Source of the DNA: a candidate division WOR-3 bacterium
GTDB taxonomy: Bacteria > Hydrothermota > Tepidihabitantia > Tepidihabitantales > Tepidihabitantaceae
NCBI GenBank assembly: GCA_037441285.1
Contig: JBBISL010000028.1
Coordinates: forward strand, 1-19,749
Reading direction: 5' to 3'
Length of the DNA: 19,749 nt
Of this stretch, positions 7,781 to 15,762 are shown piece after piece. The translations under genes and the position numbers were made by a program. The notes under the pieces were generated by a model. It saw only the letters and a program-made list of their open reading frames with translations. It was not told the DNA's origin and made no database searches. Within the stretch, counting starts at the first letter, position 1; each line of letters begins with the position of its first letter.

Positions 7781-9667
7781 TTGACACGAACCGCTGCACA
7801 AAGAAGATTTAGCGTGCCGATTCTTCTCTTTCTGGTCCTTGCCGGTGGTTTTCTCCTCCGCCTGTTAACCGCCCGGGGCACATTTCTTAACCCGGACGAA
7901 GCGATTGTATTTCTGGTTGCCAATCAACCGAACCTGAGCGCACTGTTTCAAGCCGGCTTAACTCAACCCCATCCACCATTAACATTTATCCTTCTCTACT
8001 TCTGGCGTTTCCTCGGCACTTCCGAACTGTACCTGCGATTGTTTTCGGTTCTGACCGGCACCGCTGCGGTCTATTTCCTTTACAAACACCTCCGCTTAAA
8101 ACTTAGCGAGCAAACCGCGCTGTCCGGTGCCATCTTATTCGCCTTCCTGCCCGCGGTTGTCGGACTCTCTGCCGAAGTCCGTCAGTATGCCCTTCTCCTG
8201 CTTTTAATGACCATTGCCCTGTACCTTCTCGAACTCGGGTTCTCCCAGTCCCGCCCTGGTGGCCTTTTCCTTTCCGGAATTTTCTCGGCACTGGTGGGCG
8301 CCACTCAGTACTCCGGTCTGGTGCTTACGATTACCCTCGGCATCCTTTTTCTTTTCCGGGCGATAAACGAGAAGGTAAAAAAACGGCTCTGGGTCTGGGG
8401 CGGCTTGGGTCAACTGTTCGCTCTTATAACCTACGCCTTCTTCTACTTTACCCACATCGTCCACCTCAAAGGCAGCCCGATGCAACAGTTTGCCCTGACC
8501 GGCTGGCTGCGCACCTCTTACTTCCATCCGGAACTGGAATCACCTCTGCGCTTTCTTTTCCGCACCACCTTTGACTTGTTCTCCTATCTCTTTTCCTCCC
8601 GTCTCTTCGGTACTGTTGGACTCCTGCTGTTTCTTTTTGGCATCGTCCTCACCATCATCCGGCGCCGCTGGAATCTGACCATTCTCCTCATTGCACCCTT
8701 TGTTATTAACATCCTCTCCGCCTATTTTCAGCTTTTGCCCTATGGCGGCACCCGGCACTCAATCGTCCTTGCCCCTTTTGTCGTGATTGGCATCACCATC
8801 GCATTAAGTTCAATCCCCAAAAAAGAGTGGTTCAAACCCGGCAGCGCCGGCATCCTGATGCTTGCGGTCAACCTCTTTCTCACACCGCCCGCGCAGCACA
8901 TCTCCCGGCAAAACGCCCGGCAAGAACTTATGCACAAAGCGCTGCAACTTCTCCGGCAAAATGCCCCTGCGGGCGACACCATCTTTGCCGACTATCAGAG
9001 CAGCGCCCTGTTGAGTTACTACCTTGCCGACCATACCCAGCCGGTGCCGTTCTTCGGCAAGACGGTTGGTCCCTTCTGGGAGTTCAACTACGGCGGTTAT
9101 CTTGTGGTGTCAAGTACCGAGTGGAGTTTTAACCGGCTCCAGTTCCTCGCGGCGCTTGAATCGCTTTTCCACTACTACCCTTTCAGTGATAAACGGACCA
9201 TCTGGGTGTTTGATGGCGGCTGGGGCAGACCGCTTGTCTCCAACGAGCCTGAACTCGGGACGAACCTTGCGGTCTTTTCGGTCAGCGCGCCCACCGCGGC
9301 GACCGAAAGCCTCCTGATTGGCGCCTGTGAAGAGGTTCGTGCCCTTGTCAAACTGCCCTTACGCTCGGTCTTTCTACCCAGCCGTTACCACAAAGATTCC
9401 ACAATCAACGCCGCACGCCCGCTTGCGCAACAGGTGCTCAGTTATACCGAACTGTACCTCCGGGCAAAACAGGGTCAAAAAGAGTTTGACGCCTGCCTGC
9501 CCGCGCTTGCCTTCTGGGTCTTTCAGGACCAGGAGTGGCACCCGGAGTTTATGGCGTATATGGCAGACGGTGAAAGTTACATCTCTGCCGGGTACCGCTT
9601 CACCCTGCTGTTAATGGATGTCAACCGTCAGATTGCGGTCTATCGAATCGAGAAAATTGAACAATAA
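7781..9667 (+). CDS. Integral-membrane GT-C glycosyltransferase (PMT/ArnT, GT39/GT83-like) with periplasmic C-terminal region
   Basis: N-terminal 'NPDEA' acidic loop, HPPL, 'YLRLFSVLTG', 'SAEVRQYAL' and many TM helices. Start uncertain (TTG 7781 or GTG 7814). Confidence 0.85.
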   Translation: MTRTAAQRRFSVPILLFLVLAGGFLLRLLTARGTFLNPDEAIVFLVANQPNLSALFQAGLTQPHPPLTFILLYFWRFLGTSELYLRLFSVLTGTAAVYFLYKHLRLKLSEQTALSGAILFAFLPAVVGLSAEVRQYALLLLLMTIALYLLELGFSQSRPGGLFLSGIFSALVGATQYSGLVLTITLGILFLFRAINEKVKKRLWVWGGLGQLFALITYAFFYFTHIVHLKGSPMQQFALTGWLRTSYFHPELESPLRFLFRTTFDLFSYLFSSRLFGTVGLLLFLFGIVLTIIRRRWNLTILLIAPFVINILSAYFQLLPYGGTRHSIVLAPFVVIGITIALSSIPKKEWFKPGSAGILMLAVNLFLTPPAQHISRQNARQELMHKALQLLRQNAPAGDTIFADYQSSALLSYYLADHTQPVPFFGKTVGPFWEFNYGGYLVVSSTEWSFNRLQFLAALESLFHYYPFSDKRTIWVFDGGWGRPLVSNEPELGTNLAVFSVSAPTAATESLLIGACEEVRALVKLPLRSVFLPSRYHKDSTINAARPLAQQVLSYTELYLRAKQGQKEFDACLPALAFWVFQDQEWHPEFMAYMADGESYISAGYRFTLLLMDVNRQIAVYRIEKIEQ

Positions 9668-9691
9668 AAAGGGGCGGCATTACGCCGCCCC
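9666..9691 (-). terminator. Intrinsic terminator for the 9713..11395 gene (between convergent genes)
   Basis: GGGGCGGC-ATTAC-GCCGCCCC stem (9671-9691) with AAAAA at 9666-9670, i.e. a U-tract on the minus strand. Confidence 0.85.
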
Positions 9692-9712
9692 GTGAAACTT
9701 CCCGCTAACCCT

Positions 9713-11395
9713 TTATTTCACCACCAGGGTACTTTTGCTTATACCATTCGCCGTCCTGAGTTGCCCAAAGTAAACACCGGCACTCACCCGTTTTCCTGAC
9801 CGGTCGGTTCGGTTCCACGGCACACCACTTGTCGGGTTGTCACAATACCACACCTGCCTGCCACTGGCGTCATAGATTGTCAACCGGGAAGCATTGCCCG
9901 TCCAGAAAAATGTGGTGTGACTCGTAACCGGATTGGGCAGCGCCTCAAACCGGCTCTTATTTACTGACAATCCGGCATTCTCCCCCTGAATACCAACTGT
10001 CCAGGGTGCGTTCCAGTAGAGGTTATGCAGTCCGGAACCGACAAATACACACCCGGCACCGGTACCGGGCGCGCCTGGTGCATAAACTAACAGGGGCTTT
10101 ATTTCTCGACCGGTTCCCGCTGAGTTGGTGTTAATCCGCAAAGTGTCAGACCAGTTAATCGGGTCACTCTGCGCTGCCCAGTGCCGGTAAACATAACGGT
10201 AACTCTCCTCACTGATATAAGAAGCGTTGACATAAGGGTTACCAAACGATGTGTAGTTCTTAAGGTCCGGGTACCGTTCAGACCGGTCACTTCTGCTCGC
10301 AAGGTAGTAACTGGGACTCCAGGTATTGCCCGCATCGGTTGAATAAACATACATAATGTCCCAGTCGCCTGAGTTCCGATAGTTGTGCGCATGCACCGCC
10401 CAGACCACCGCACTCTCGGGCGGTGAAACAAATGATGGCGCCATCACCGGGTCCGCAACTTCAAATGTATCAAACTGAACCCCCCGTTCAAACCAGGAGC
10501 CAGGAGCACCAAAAAGCGTATTTATTAGTAGATTAACTCGCCCGCGAAGAGGACTGAAACCCGGGAATCCTGCAAGGTAAAGATAAGACCCTGCACCCGC
10601 CTGTAAAGAACCCCAGCTCACATAACGAAATGTGTTGGTCGTCGTCCAGGTTTTGGCAAAGTCGGTGGAACGCAGTATGAAGTCATCAAACTCATCCGTA
10701 TTGTCTTCGTCGCCGGCGCAAATATAGAGATAATAATTGGGAGAATAATCCCGGCACATTGTGAAGTTGTTGATGGTGTCCGCGCCCCGTTTCACCCATA
10801 AACCACGAAAGTTGGAACCGTCGCGATTGAAGCGAACGCACGCCATATCGCCGCTGCTATCCGGGTGAATAATCCCGACATAAACAAATGCCGAGTCACC
10901 AGCACCAACCACCATTCCCAGCCGCTTAATTAATGAACTGGGAATCGTCCAAAACCCCACTACCGGTTGCCATGTGCTACCATAGTCGGTTGACTTGACC
11001 ACCCGAACACTCGAATCACGCTCCCGGGAATATGCCACCCACATCGTGCCATCCATCTCATAGTCCGCTGCGGTCGCCACGATTCTGCCGGTGTCAATCA
11101 CCACATCCGGTCCATCTGATTGGGGCTGTTGATAGTCGTTTGGGGCAAGAACTACGGCGTTGAACGCGGCAGCCGGCGACCGGTCATACTCCAGATAGAT
11201 TTCCTGAATCCGATTCTCAATCTCCTTCACCTTTAGCGGATTGCCCTTTACTAATTCCTGCTCCTGCCGCAACGCCTTCACCCGCGGGTCAAAAACCCCG
11301 GGGTTCATCGTCCCAAGAGAACTGGCTTGTTCCGCCGCCCAGACGAACGCGGCGACTGTTAACAGCAGGACCGAAATAACTTTAGACCGTTGCAT
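9713..11395 (-). CDS. Secreted Asp-box (BNR/sialidase-like) beta-propeller protein with FlgD-Ig/T9SS-like C-terminal domain (560 aa)
   Basis: Signal peptide; Asp-boxes STDYGSTW, STDFAKTW, STDAGNTW; C-terminal ALPNP...IYDASGRQV...WNRTDRSGKRVSAGVYF; AAGGAGG RBS. Confidence 0.88.
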   Translation of the reverse strand: MQRSKVISVLLLTVAAFVWAAEQASSLGTMNPGVFDPRVKALRQEQELVKGNPLKVKEIENRIQEIYLEYDRSPAAAFNAVVLAPNDYQQPQSDGPDVVIDTGRIVATAADYEMDGTMWVAYSRERDSSVRVVKSTDYGSTWQPVVGFWTIPSSLIKRLGMVVGAGDSAFVYVGIIHPDSSGDMACVRFNRDGSNFRGLWVKRGADTINNFTMCRDYSPNYYLYICAGDEDNTDEFDDFILRSTDFAKTWTTTNTFRYVSWGSLQAGAGSYLYLAGFPGFSPLRGRVNLLINTLFGAPGSWFERGVQFDTFEVADPVMAPSFVSPPESAVVWAVHAHNYRNSGDWDIMYVYSTDAGNTWSPSYYLASRSDRSERYPDLKNYTSFGNPYVNASYISEESYRYVYRHWAAQSDPINWSDTLRINTNSAGTGREIKPLLVYAPGAPGTGAGCVFVGSGLHNLYWNAPWTVGIQGENAGLSVNKSRFEALPNPVTSHTTFFWTGNASRLTIYDASGRQVWYCDNPTSGVPWNRTDRSGKRVSAGVYFGQLRTANGISKSTLVVK

Positions 11396-11480
11396 TGAAC
11401 CTCCTTATTGGTTACGGGCATTTACCGACGCTTTACTCAACCTCTCTCATTTCCCAAGGGATGGTTGAGTTTCCATTGCT

Positions 11481-11508
11481 ATTATAAATTTCTTAAAACT
11501 TTTGTCAA
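11481..11508 (-). promoter_or_regulatory. sigma70-type promoter for the Asp-box gene
   Basis: Minus strand TTGACA (11508-11503), 16 nt, TATAAT (11486-11481). Confidence 0.8.
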
Positions 11509-11553
11509 CATTTTTAATCGCCTTTAATTCTCCTTCTCAGCCCCGCATTTTAT

Positions 11554-11581
11554 TGGACAACCTCAAAAATAACTGTACTAT
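11554..11581 (+). promoter_or_regulatory. Probable sigma70-type promoter for the 11600 gene
   Basis: TGGACA (11554-11559), 16 nt, TACTAT (11576-11581), then AAGGAGG RBS. Confidence 0.55.
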
Positions 11582-11599
11582 TTCTCCAAGGAGGTCATC

Positions 11600-12436
11600 A
11601 TGAAAAATTTTGTTAGCCCCCTGTTTCTCGCAACACTCGTTTTACCCGCCTGTGCCCAGATTAACAACCTGGCGCACAACTACGAACTGCGGGCAATCTA
11701 CGAAACTGGCGCCATCCGTTTCCAGAAACACTCAATCCAATTCGGGCCCGACGGCACAACCTTTGACTATGTCCAGAACGGCGGTCAGAAAAACCTCTTC
11801 CCTTTCCAGCGCGGCTCATTTGAACTACTCCTGAAACCGCGCCACACCTTCGTATTCCTCTATCAACCGCTTGATGTCCGCACCCTCGCCACCCTGCCGG
11901 AACAACTGATTCTTGACTCCGACACATTTCCTGCCGGCACACCGATGAGTTTACGCTACGGATTTGACTTCTACCGCATCAGCTGGCTTTACGACCTTTT
12001 CAGTGATGCCGACCGGGAACTGGGACTCGGTCTTTCACTTCAGTTGCGCAACGCCTCCATCTCCTTCACCGCGCTTGATGGCACCCGGCAGCGGGTTTAC
12101 AACAACCTTGGTCCGGTACCGGCACTGAAAGCGCGCATCCGGATGCCCTTAAACTCCTATCTCTGGTGGGCAGCAGAAGTTGACGGCATCTATGCCCAGG
12201 GCACTGTGGTCACCGGCTCCACCAATGTGGAAAGCAGTTTCAAAGGCGCAATCCTTGACGGCTCTTTGCGACTGGGTGGTCGCATCAACCGATTCCTTGA
12301 CGGCTTTGTCAACCTGCGCTATTTGGGCGGCGGTGCCGAAGGCAGCCAGAAGACACCGGAAAACCCCAACAGCAGCGGCTACACATCAAACTGGCTGGGC
12401 GCGCTCTCCTTCTCACTGGGCATAATGTTACATTAA
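11600..12436 (+). CDS. Exported protein, probable outer-membrane beta-barrel of unknown function (278 aa)
   Basis: Signal peptide; many amphipathic alternating strands (YGFDFYRISWLYD, LGLGLSLQLR, GFVNLRYLGG, LSFSLGIML); strong RBS. Confidence 0.75.
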   Translation: MKNFVSPLFLATLVLPACAQINNLAHNYELRAIYETGAIRFQKHSIQFGPDGTTFDYVQNGGQKNLFPFQRGSFELLLKPRHTFVFLYQPLDVRTLATLPEQLILDSDTFPAGTPMSLRYGFDFYRISWLYDLFSDADRELGLGLSLQLRNASISFTALDGTRQRVYNNLGPVPALKARIRMPLNSYLWWAAEVDGIYAQGTVVTGSTNVESSFKGAILDGSLRLGGRINRFLDGFVNLRYLGGGAEGSQKTPENPNSSGYTSNWLGALSFSLGIMLH

Positions 12437-12463
12437 AGGCACCTCGTTAAAGAAATAACAGGG

Positions 12464-12739
12464 TCCATTCTGAATCTAACCCGGTCCTGAAACCGGAATT
12501 TACATAAGAAGCAACCGCACCGGCAAACCCAGAAACCGCACCCGAAAGACACCCTGAAACAACGCGCAAGACCCGGTAAGAAATTGACCCGTTAATAACA
12601 GTAAAAATTGGGCTCTAAATATTTGGGCAACGAGCCAGCAGGGCAACAACAGAGATAACACCAACAGGTACCCCAAATACAGCGGGTAAAAATGCCCCGA
12701 AAAGGGCGGTAGAGACTATCCCGGGGATTACCCCCGGAC
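12464..12739. repeat. Degenerate tandem array with 12-bp period (~23 units)
   Basis: Cut every 12 nt from 12464. Units include caaacccagaaa, ccgcacccgaaa, gacaccctgaaa, cccggtaagaaa, ttgacccgttaa, caacaacagaga, gtaccccaaata, atgccccgaaaa and ctatcccgggga: a C-rich core and purine-rich end held in one register. Confidence 0.65.
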
Positions 12740-12843
12740 CGCCCACTGGACGGTAAAATTTTATAACTATATGAAAATAAGAAGTTTAGACAACAAATAT
12801 TACCCATTATCCCGCAACATCTCAACCTGCCGTATGTTAAACA

Positions 12844-12872
12844 TTGCTCTGGTTATTAAAATATGTTATTAT
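12844..12872 (+). promoter_or_regulatory. Probable promoter for the phosphoesterase gene (near-leaderless)
   Basis: TTGCTC (12844-12849), 17 nt, TATTAT (12867-12872) with upstream TG; ATG 12881 follows after 8 nt with no SD. Confidence 0.5.
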
Positions 12873-12880
12873 TTTCGCCT

Positions 12881-14242
12881 ATGGCATCATGTAAAGTTTA
12901 TCTCATTTTGCTGTTTATTATCGGCACATCAGCCGGACTTTTTGTCCATCCGCCCTATCTGCAGAACCTGACCGACTCCACAATAACTGTGGTCTGGCAA
13001 ACCGCGGACTCAAACATCGGCAAAGTGCGCTATGGCTTGAGTACCAACTACCCGCTGGAAATCTCCGAAACCGCACCCACCACCACGCACCACCTTGTCC
13101 TGAACCGGTTGCTTTTGGACACCGTTTACCATAATCAGGTGATTTCCGGGCAGGACACCAGCGCCGACGCCACCTTTTTTACCCGCCGTTCCGCCCCGGC
13201 ACCTTTCCGCTTTCTTGTTTACGCCGACAACCGCACCGACAGCGCCGCGCATCAGGCGGTAATCGACCGGATGGTCTTGACCAGCCCGCCTGCTCAATTT
13301 GTGCTCAATGCCGGTGACCTGACCGAAAATGGCACGAGCGGAGAGTACCGGACATTTTTCCAGATTGAGCAGGCACTTTTGCGCCAGGCACCGCTTTACC
13401 CGGCTCTTGGTAATCACGATATCAGAACGCTTCCGAACTGGTTTGATCTTTTCTATTTACCCCACAACGAACGCTGGTATCAGTTCCAGTACAGCAACGC
13501 CGCCTTCTACTTTCTTGACAACTACTCCGACTTTGCGCCCGGCAGTGAACAGTACGAGTGGCTTCTTGCCCATCTCCGTGCCGACAGCGCCAACCCCACA
13601 ATCCAGCACATCTTTGTCACCTTCCACGAACCGCCCTTTACCACGAGTGCCAACCACTCTCCTAACGAACAGGTCCAGGAGTACCTCTGCCCGCTTTTTG
13701 AACGGTTTCGGGTGCGCGCGGTGTTCAATGGCCACATCCACGCCTATGAGCACAGCCTGGCCAACGGCATCCACTACATCACCTCCGGTGGCGGTGGCGC
13801 CCCGCTCCATACCGAATGGGACTCAATTCAACCCTATACCGTTTATCGGGAAGCAAACTACCAGTTTGTCATCGTTGATGTCCAGGGTGATGTTGTCACC
13901 TGTGCGGTGGTGCGGACCGACGGCAGTACGATGGAAACATTCAATCTGATTCCTGGCGTTGGTGAAAGTGACAGAACCGACCACCTGATACCCAACCTGA
14001 CCGCCACCATATCATCTCACAACCAGATTTGTCTCAAATTTCACCTGAAAAAGGCAAGCCCGATAAAACTTGCCCTATTTGACCCTCTGGGCAGAGAACA
14101 GGTTTTGGTAAAACACGGCTGGCTCGCATCCGGCGAACACCGCATCAACCTGAACACCGGCAAACTGCCCGCCGGCAACTACTTTGCCCTGCTCCAGACA
14201 CCGGAAAATGTGCACACCGCTCGCTTGACACTCTTAAAATAA
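12881..14242 (+). CDS. Secreted calcineurin-like metallophosphoesterase (purple acid phosphatase-like, N-terminal FN3-like domain) with T9SS-like C-terminal domain
   Basis: PYLQN..TVVWQT N-domain; YADNR, AGDL, GNHD, FHEPP and GHIHAYE metal motifs; C-terminal LFDPLGRE...LPAGNYF. ATG 12881 preferred over 12863 because 12863 overlaps the predicted promoter. Confidence 0.9.
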   Translation: MASCKVYLILLFIIGTSAGLFVHPPYLQNLTDSTITVVWQTADSNIGKVRYGLSTNYPLEISETAPTTTHHLVLNRLLLDTVYHNQVISGQDTSADATFFTRRSAPAPFRFLVYADNRTDSAAHQAVIDRMVLTSPPAQFVLNAGDLTENGTSGEYRTFFQIEQALLRQAPLYPALGNHDIRTLPNWFDLFYLPHNERWYQFQYSNAAFYFLDNYSDFAPGSEQYEWLLAHLRADSANPTIQHIFVTFHEPPFTTSANHSPNEQVQEYLCPLFERFRVRAVFNGHIHAYEHSLANGIHYITSGGGGAPLHTEWDSIQPYTVYREANYQFVIVDVQGDVVTCAVVRTDGSTMETFNLIPGVGESDRTDHLIPNLTATISSHNQICLKFHLKKASPIKLALFDPLGREQVLVKHGWLASGEHRINLNTGKLPAGNYFALLQTPENVHTARLTLLK

Positions 14243-14253
14243 CACGATATTAT
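14225..14253 (+). promoter_or_regulatory. sigma70-type promoter overlapping the end of the phosphoesterase gene
   Basis: TTGACA (14225-14230), 17 nt, TATTAT (14248-14253); AAGGAG RBS before ATG 14298. Confidence 0.65.
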
Positions 14254-14297
14254 TGGGCAGTGCCGCTTAAATACCCATCCTGCCGAAAGGAGTTTTT

Positions 14298-15671
14298 ATG
14301 AATAAAACCCTGTTTTTATTATGCTTGACATTGTTGATTATCAACTGTGTCACCAACCAGCCCCCAACCGCACCCGAAATCTCCGGTCCCACATCCGCCC
14401 GTCCCTATGACACCGTCACCTTTACCTTTGTCGCCACCGACCCCGAAGGCAAAGAGGTCTCCTACAAAATCGTCTGGGGTGACACCTCCAGTATTGACTG
14501 GTCACCATTCTATGCCAGCGGTCAGCCTGTGCGCCGCGCCCATACCTATCCGGACACTGGCACCTACACCATCAAGGCAATCGCCCGCGACCCGCAACTC
14601 AAAGAGTCGCCCTGGAGTGAAAGCCTGATTATCAACATCCGCTTGCTGCCGCCCGGAGTTCCGGAAAAGCCGCAGGGTCCTGCCTTCTGCACCACCGGTG
14701 TATCCTATCAATACCGATTCCGCGCCTCGCATCCCCAGAACGACAGCCTGTGGTACCAGATTGACTGGGGCGGCACCGTTGACGACTGGCGCGGACCGGT
14801 GCCGAGCGACTCCTATCTTTTAGTCAACCACACCTTTGACACCGCAGGCTTCTATGCGATTGCGGTGCGCGCCCGCGACAGCCGGATGCAGATGACCAAC
14901 TGGTCCGACACCCTTCTTGTTACCGTTGTGGCAATTCCGGGTGGTCCGCCAACCGCCTTCACAATTGAAGCCGCAACCGACACCACCGTGCGTCTGTCCT
15001 GGCAACCGCCTGTTGAAGGTATGCCCAACTTTTACCGGTTGCAGTTCAAAGAGATTGGCGGCACCGGCTGGAGCACAGTCGCCGAAACCACCGCTTTGAG
15101 CGTGGAACACAACCCGCACGGCTTAACCGGAATGTACAAAATCGCTGCGGTCTTTGGCGCCACGGTTTACGAAGACACCATCCCGCTCTCCACCGTACCG
15201 GTCCAGACCGGCACCGTAACCGTGGGTGAACTTTCTGGTCCAGACAAACCGGGATTTGGCTGGAACCGCTTGACCGGCACCGGCAAGGCGTATCTGATGG
15301 ACGATACCCTGTACTGCGACTCAGTTGACTGGTTCTGCACCGACTTTGCCACCGGCTCCAATGGACCCTTCTACTATGTTGCCAGCCCAAACCTCGCACC
15401 TTATGACACCAGCGCCAATGTGCCTGCCGGACCCTGGCGCCAGACCGCGCTCGCCTTACTCACCGATGAACAGGGACCAGTGCCCCCTGCCGGTGACACC
15501 TCCTACCATAACATCATCCGGCTCAATGCCGCACCGGTCTCCTTTGCCATCCGCACCGAAGACGACTACTATGCAATCGTCAAAGTGACCCAGATAAGAA
15601 TCTCCAACCAGGACATTCGCGTCCAAGCCTGGTTCCAGCCCATCAACGGCTTACGCCTCCTCCAGCACTAA
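14298..15671 (+). CDS. Lipoprotein with two PKD-like Ig domains, an FN3-like domain and an unknown C-terminal domain (457 aa)
   Basis: Lipobox-like LIINC; repeats 'TDPEG..VSY.IVWGD...HTYPDTGTYTIKAIARD' and 'YQIDWGG...HTFDTAGFYAIAVRARD'; 'TTVRLSWQPP..YRLQF' FN3 pattern. Confidence 0.85.
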   Translation: MNKTLFLLCLTLLIINCVTNQPPTAPEISGPTSARPYDTVTFTFVATDPEGKEVSYKIVWGDTSSIDWSPFYASGQPVRRAHTYPDTGTYTIKAIARDPQLKESPWSESLIINIRLLPPGVPEKPQGPAFCTTGVSYQYRFRASHPQNDSLWYQIDWGGTVDDWRGPVPSDSYLLVNHTFDTAGFYAIAVRARDSRMQMTNWSDTLLVTVVAIPGGPPTAFTIEAATDTTVRLSWQPPVEGMPNFYRLQFKEIGGTGWSTVAETTALSVEHNPHGLTGMYKIAAVFGATVYEDTIPLSTVPVQTGTVTVGELSGPDKPGFGWNRLTGTGKAYLMDDTLYCDSVDWFCTDFATGSNGPFYYVASPNLAPYDTSANVPAGPWRQTALALLTDEQGPVPPAGDTSYHNIIRLNAAPVSFAIRTEDDYYAIVKVTQIRISNQDIRVQAWFQPINGLRLLQH

Positions 15672-15728
15672 AACGGGGGTCTATTTCGGAGTCGGTTTTG
15701 ATGCAGTAAGCCATTGACTGTTAAAAAC

Positions 15729-15757
15729 TTGACTTTGAGATATAAATAAATTATAAC
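15729..15757 (+). promoter_or_regulatory. Probable promoter for the methyltransferase (leaderless arrangement)
   Basis: TTGACT (15729-15734), 17 nt, TATAAC (15752-15757); ATG ATG at 15763/15766 with no SD. Confidence 0.55.
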
Positions 15758-15762
15758 TATCC

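Noticed and set aside
12464..12739. Possible CRISPR array or tRNA/ncRNA in the long intergenic gap
   Set aside because: There are no identical 23-47-bp repeats with unique spacers, no cloverleaf or T-loop motif, and no cas genes; reported instead as a 12-bp periodic array.
12592..12971. Track ORFs 12592..12825 (-) and 12771..12971 (+)
   Set aside because: They have no RBS and atypical composition, and they overlap the array, dyad or promoter; likely spurious.
13010..15588. Alternative-frame ORFs within the phosphoesterase and PKD lipoprotein genes (e.g. 13329..13949)
   Set aside because: They are Ser/Thr/Pro-rich frame-shadows produced by C-ending codon bias.
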